A stretch of DNA of 39,910 nt, from contig JACQLS010000021.1 of the NCBI GenBank assembly GCA_016204005.1, forward strand, positions 1-39,910, given 5' to 3'. Positions 37,172-39,910 of the stretch are shown here, in pieces (position 1 is the first letter of the stretch; the number at the start of each line of letters is the position of its first letter). Under the pieces are notes generated by a model. The model ran no database searches. It saw nothing but the letters and a program-made list of their open reading frames with translations, and had not been told where the DNA came from. Source of the DNA: Parcubacteria group bacterium (GTDB lineage Bacteria; Patescibacteriota; Minisyncoccia; Phycocordibacterales; UBA2135). Made by a program: the position numbers and the translations under genes.

Positions 37172-37240
37172 CCTTGAAGACGGGCTTGAAAAACCAGCTC
37201 TGTTGGGATATTCTCGGCGGAGACCCAGTGGAGAAAAACC

Positions 37241-37945
37241 ATGTCTCTCGTCTGCCATGAATGCGGCAATGACATACAGCCAAGCGATACCCTCCCCGCG
37301 CGCGAAGGTGGGATAATTCATCCTAATGTGATTTCACTTGCCTGGTTCCCTGACGGAAAGACATGGACGCGTGTGTTCGTGGAAGCGCCTCAAGGGATAG
37401 CGTGCTGCCTCGAATGCGTCGGGCGAAGTGTCCCTGGATACGATTTTGAACGCCTGACAAAGCTCACTCATGTTTGCGATGCTTACAACGCCGAAGTGAC
37501 GCTTAGGCGGCACGAGCAGAGCATGGAGGGTAAATGGATAGATATGGGAGGAAGGGAATTCAAGCGAAAACTCAAACTCGAAACTGCTTGGGAAGAAAAG
37601 TTGAAATTGGTCCCGACTGACGTCTGCCTCCTATGCAATGCAGACGTGTCGACAAATACAAAACCTTTTTTCACTTTCAAGGTGATGGACCGAGCTCATG
37701 GAGAAAAGCGACGTTCAGGCTTCGGTTCTTACCAATGGTCCCATATCAAGACGGGTGCAACTCATTTCTCTATCTGTTTTGCCTGTTGTCACACCCACCT
37801 ACCTCGCATATTCGAACAGATAAGCAACGAGCTCCGACAGACAGGGCAGTCAAACTTAGGTGAAGTTTGCAAGTCAGAACTGGTCATATCACCCGAGGTG
37901 ATTGATGAACTCCTTAAGGAGTCTGGCAACAAGTTTGTCCAGTAA
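37241..37945 (+). CDS. Cys-rich hypothetical protein with two zinc-ribbon-like modules
   Basis: CHEC...CCLEC in the N-terminal half and CLLC...CFACC in the C-terminal half. GGAG lies 7 nt before the ATG. Promoter TTGAAA-17-TATTCT and terminator 37953-37978. Confidence 0.55.
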   Translation: MSLVCHECGNDIQPSDTLPAREGGIIHPNVISLAWFPDGKTWTRVFVEAPQGIACCLECVGRSVPGYDFERLTKLTHVCDAYNAEVTLRRHEQSMEGKWIDMGGREFKRKLKLETAWEEKLKLVPTDVCLLCNADVSTNTKPFFTFKVMDRAHGEKRRSGFGSYQWSHIKTGATHFSICFACCHTHLPRIFEQISNELRQTGQSNLGEVCKSELVISPEVIDELLKESGNKFVQ

Positions 37946-37952
37946 TCACAGC

Positions 37953-37978
37953 AAACCCACGACATGTCGTGGGTTTTT
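37953..37978. terminator. Bidirectional terminator after the Cys-rich ORF and after the tRNA 3'-half element
   Basis: AAACCCACGA-CATG-TCGTGGGTTTTT. Confidence 0.7.
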
Positions 37979-37991
37979 AAAAGTCAGATGT

Positions 37992-38077
37992 TGGTGGGCG
38001 TGGAAGGAATCCTTCGACTTCGCTCAGGACAAGTCGAACCGGAGTTTATCCGCCTCTGGCGGAACCTCTGTCTTATA
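37992..38077 (-). other. tRNA 3'-half-like element with encoded CCA (aberrant T arm, 45-nt insertion)
   Basis: Minus strand TATAA-GACAG-AGGT-[TCCGCCAGAGGCGGA TAAACTCCGG TTCGACTTGTCCTGAGCGAAGTCGAA]-GG-ATT-CCTTC-CACGCCC-A-CCA. GACAG and CACGCCC are complementary to CTGTC and GGGCGTG of the 5' fragment at 38335-38371. Confidence 0.55.
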
Positions 38078-38317
38078 ATTGCAAACGAGGAAGAAAATGA
38101 AAATGCTATTTTCATTTTCTCCGAGCGCCGCAATTATATCTTGTGCATATAAACACAAACGAGGGAGAAAATGAGAGGGCGTACTTCTCTGTGTGCGGGC
38201 GGAAAGAATCGAACTTTCGACCTCTGTCTTATCAGGACAGCGTTCTACCACTGAACTACGCCCGCACACAAAAAACTAAAAGAGCTCTCTCACTTTTCCC
38301 GAGTGCCGTGTTTATAT
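38074..38317. repeat. Duplicated promoter/leader modules flanking tRNA-Ile
   Basis: 38074-38100 versus 38148-38174 are 23/27 identical. 38113-38139 versus 38291-38317 are 20/27 identical. An AT-rich 11-bp hairpin GAAAATGAAAA-N5-TTTTCATTTTC lies at 38093-38119. Confidence 0.65.
38194..38265 (-). tRNA. tRNA-Ile (anticodon GAU), CCA not encoded
   Basis: GCGGGCG-TA-GTTC-AGTGGTA-GAAC-G-CTGTC-CTGATAA-GACAG-AGGTC-GAAAG-TTCGATT-CTTTC-CGCCCGC-A. All four stems are Watson-Crick. Confidence 0.9.
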
Positions 38318-38337
38318 CATGATATACATCATGATAT
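38313..38337. repeat. Two copies of the palindrome ATCATGAT (as the 10-nt direct repeat ATCATGATAT, 12-bp phasing) in the spacer of the putative tRNA-Ile promoter
   Basis: Cores at 38316-38323 and 38328-38335. The first is embedded in the 14-bp palindrome TATATCATGATATA. Confidence 0.7.
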
Positions 38338-38371
38338 CAAGGACAGCGTTCTACCACTGAACTACACGCCC
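38335..38371 (-). other. tRNA 5'-half-like element (acceptor strand, D arm, 5' anticodon-stem strand), truncated in the anticodon loop
   Basis: GGGCGTG-TAGTTCAGTGGTAGAACG-CTGTC-CTTGATA. 26 consecutive nt (GTAGTTCAGTGGTAGAACGCTGTCCT) are identical to the intact tRNA-Ile, but the acceptor strand differs. It has its own TTGCGA-17-TACTAT promoter. Confidence 0.6.
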
Positions 38372-38385
38372 TCAGCAATGGCGTC

Positions 38386-38414
38386 ATAGTACCAAAAAAC
38401 CTCTATCCTCGCAA
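38386..38414 (-). promoter_or_regulatory. Promoter TTGCGA-17-(TGg)TACTAT upstream of the tRNA 5'-half element
   Basis: Hexamers at 38409-38414 and 38386-38391 (minus strand). The fragment starts 14 nt downstream of the -10. Confidence 0.55.
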
Positions 38415-38419
38415 CGGAT

Positions 38420-38447
38420 TTGCATAAAAAAAGACTTGTGGTATGCT
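38420..38447 (+). promoter_or_regulatory. Promoter TTGCAT-16-(TGg)TATGCT of the orphan GC-rich unit
   Basis: Hexamers at 38420-38425 and 38442-38447. A similar TGGTATGCT element occurs at 11971-11979 upstream of the asnB-like gene. Confidence 0.45.
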
Positions 38448-38453
38448 TTTCAA

Positions 38454-38750
38454 CTGGGAGCAAAACCAGGAGGTTGAGTGGTAATGAGGGACACGCATGC
38501 GGTTTAAGAGCGGTGAAAATGGTACACCGATTCGGGCAGATGAGGGAAGAAGTCGTGAACCGGGAGACAAGCCGGCCACATCCGCACCAAAGAACCCACG
38601 CACACAGGTGCGCCGACACCAACGTGCACGAGCACGAGTACGCGTCAAATCTCCGGACGACCCGCGCCGTCTCCCTTCTCAACTACAATTGGCGGAATCT
38701 ACCGCGCGATAAAAGCACCGTATCCCGCAGCGTTACAGACGCTGCTTTTT
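38454..38750 (+). ncRNA. Candidate orphan transcription unit: structured GC-rich ncRNA of unknown class, or a 71-aa Arg-rich small protein (38497..38712)
   Basis: TTGCAT-16-TGgTATGCT promoter (38420-38447), about 295 nt at roughly 58% GC, ending in GCAGCG-N7-CGCTGC-TTTTT (38727-38750). An internal ORF has GAGGGA 5 nt before ATG 38497. All ORFs here are low-complexity. Confidence 0.35.
38727..38750 (+). terminator. Intrinsic terminator of the orphan GC-rich unit
   Basis: GCAGCG-TTACAGA-CGCTGC-TTTTT. Confidence 0.6.
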
Positions 38751-38780
38751 AATGCTTGCATCTATGTTACAATACCCCTC

Positions 38781-39665
38781 ATGAGCGGAGACATATCTCA
38801 AAAAATTGTTGGTATCTACCACAAGAACTGCTTGGACGGCACAACTGCCGCCGCAGTGCTTCTCAAGCGATTCCCCAACGTACAGCTCTACTCCCTTGTG
38901 CGCTGGTATACCCCAGAGGACTTTGACCGTATACTCCATGATGTCGATGATACGACTATTGTCTACATTGTTGACTTCGGCTTAAACGAAGCAGAAGCTG
39001 TAAAACTTGCGGACAAGGCAAAAGAGGTAATCAACATTGACCACCACATCGGAACGAAAGAGGAAATCGAGAGCTTTGCAAAAAATCGCAGCAACTTCAC
39101 CTTCATCTTCGACAACGACCACGCAGGCGGCTCGCTTTCATGGATACACTTCTACGGCGAAGAGGGCATGCCAAAGTTTGTTCGCCTTGCCGAGCAAATT
39201 GATCTCTTCAAATTCACTCCGGACAATGAAGCCCACTCTCTTGCGGCAAATGCCACCTTTCTTATGAACAAACCCGAGGTGGTAAAAGAATACCTAGATG
39301 GAGACATAACTCCCCTCCTCCAAAAAGGAGCGGCGATACAAGAATTCCAAAATGCACTCGTCGAAGAATTCATGATAGGTGCCGAGCCGACTATGCTTAA
39401 GATCGGTGAGAAGCTTGTGCGCGCATATAATGCACCCGTCTTTCTCCGCTCAGAAATCGGCCACCGTCTCTCGACACAGTTTAATGAAGCGGTTGTCATT
39501 TTTCGCTTTATGGGAGAAGGCGTCCGATTGAGTTTTCGAGGAAACGACACCGACAACCCTTCCGCCATGGAGCTTGCAGAAGCGCTTGGGGGCACAGGTC
39601 ATCGGAATGCCGCAGGAGCCTTCGCGACTACCGAACAATTCATGAACATGATCGTCCACAAATAA
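38781..39665 (+). CDS. DHH/DHHA1-family phosphoesterase (NrnA-like)
   Basis: CLDGTTAAAVL, INIDHHIG (DHH motif) and GGTGHRNAAGAF (DHHA1 GGGH motif). The ATG lies 7 nt after TGtTACAAT. Confidence 0.8.
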   Translation: MSGDISQKIVGIYHKNCLDGTTAAAVLLKRFPNVQLYSLVRWYTPEDFDRILHDVDDTTIVYIVDFGLNEAEAVKLADKAKEVINIDHHIGTKEEIESFAKNRSNFTFIFDNDHAGGSLSWIHFYGEEGMPKFVRLAEQIDLFKFTPDNEAHSLAANATFLMNKPEVVKEYLDGDITPLLQKGAAIQEFQNALVEEFMIGAEPTMLKIGEKLVRAYNAPVFLRSEIGHRLSTQFNEAVVIFRFMGEGVRLSFRGNDTDNPSAMELAEALGGTGHRNAAGAFATTEQFMNMIVHK

Positions 39666-39688
39666 AAAACGTCACATTGACGTTTTTT
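39664..39688. terminator. Bidirectional terminator between the DHH gene (+) and the 16S rRNA gene (-)
   Basis: AAAAAACGTCA-CAT-TGACGTTTTTT directly after the DHH stop codon. Confidence 0.7.
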
Positions 39689-39832
39689 ATTTGTAAAAAA
39701 TGAGGAGAGATGCTTTTTATTTTGTTCCGTTCACTACAGTCTCAACTTAGGGTTCCGAGACCAACACCTTCGTCTCACTTGTGATGAGACGATCGCCTGA
39801 TAAGACCTTAAACAATGTTTGAGGTCGCCTTA

Positions 39833-39910
39833 TCTGAAATAGTTCCACGAGCAGCTTCCGCTACCCGTGCCTTGTTACGACTTAGTCCCTGTCACCGAGC
39901 TTACCTTAGG
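39833..39910 (-). rRNA. 16S rRNA gene, 3'-terminal ~78 nt (rest beyond right edge); 3' boundary approximate
   Basis: The reverse complement reads ...GGGACTAAGTCGTAACAAGGCACGGGTAGCGGAAGCTGCTCGTGGAACTATTTCAGA. It contains the universal AAGTCGTAACAAGG and a well-paired helix 45 with a GGAA loop. Confidence 0.85.

Noticed and set aside
38024-38269. ORF 38024..38269(-), 81 aa
   Set aside because: It is a translation of tRNA-Ile plus the tRNA half-element, not a gene.
38078-38339. Group I intron (or archaeal-type BHB intron) interrupting a tRNA-Ile(UAU) anticodon loop
   Set aside because: The interruption is near position 33/34-34/35, like cyanobacterial tRNA-Leu introns. But the segment ends in ..GCAATT (no terminal G), contains a complete tRNA and promoter modules, and shows no P7/P3-like pairings or bulge-helix-bulge complementarity that I could find by eye. 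It is kept only as a low-probability alternative.
38454-38750. RNase P RNA, T-box leader or riboswitch controlling the DHH gene
   Set aside because: Look-alike strings occur (GCGGTTTAAGAGCGG, GAGGGAAGAAGTCG, TTGGCGGAATCTACCGCGCG) but in the wrong order for RNase P. The T-box-like string is not part of the terminator helix. The DHH gene has its own -10 directly before its ATG. No class assignment is justified without a covariance-model search.
39701-39712. CUCCUC string downstream of the 16S gene as a displaced anti-SD after an intervening sequence
   Set aside because: It is about 125 nt beyond helix 45, with no flanking similarity to GGAUCACCUCCUU. This is more likely chance, and it is mentioned only as something 3'-end mapping would settle.
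1-39910. CRISPR arrays, transposases/IS elements, integrases, toxin-antitoxin pairs
   Set aside because: I found no regularly spaced direct repeats, no terminal inverted repeats flanking a transposase-like ORF, and no recombinase or TA-like motifs in any listed or self-translated ORF.

Overview
About 40 kb of a gene-dense, moderately low-GC bacterial genome (sampled lines are about 45-47% GC). The compact operons, leaderless genes and gene content suggest a small-genome, CPR-like organism; this is inference, not proven. All product calls come from motifs I recognised in the translations; no database search was possible. Layout: (1) Bases 1-24000 are one large cell-surface glycan/glycosylation locus. 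It holds several GT4 transferases, a GT2, an exostosin-like GT47, a GT39/ArnT-like GT-C, a GtrA domain, a nucleotidyltransferase, a short UDP-sugar dehydrogenase, three SDR epimerase/decarboxylases, two sugar C-methyltransferases, an AsnB-like amidotransferase, a Gfo/Idh/MocA oxidoreductase and YvcK. A higher-GC Nudix-like cassette is inserted in the middle. A long minus-strand ORF at the left edge (1-1568) is missing from the ORF track. (2) 24-29.3 kb encodes a secreted LTD/PKD protein, a soluble VirD4/TraG-like ATPase with a long proline-rich tail, a membrane-anchored DUF4015-like glycoside hydrolase and a small membrane protein. (3) 29.3-34.1 kb encodes rsmI, murC, a hypothetical, a PgeF/YfiH-like protein and murD. 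(4) 34.1-39.9 kb is an accessory mosaic. It has two short high-GC (about 58-65%) cassettes with consensus promoters, strong AAGGAGG-type Shine-Dalgarno sites and GC-rich hairpin terminators. It also has SemiSWEET, a peroxiredoxin, tRNA-Leu(CAG), a Cys-rich orphan protein, a DHH phosphoesterase and the 3' end of a 16S rRNA gene. The most unusual signals are these: an intact tRNA-Ile(GAU) nested between two tRNA half-fragments whose acceptor strands match each other; an orphan GC-rich promoter-to-terminator unit at 38420-38750; a 16S 3' tail that lacks CCUCC; many host genes that look leaderless while the high-GC cassettes keep strong SD sites; and a 16S gene that ends at a terminator rather than continuing into an ITS-tRNA-23S arrangement.
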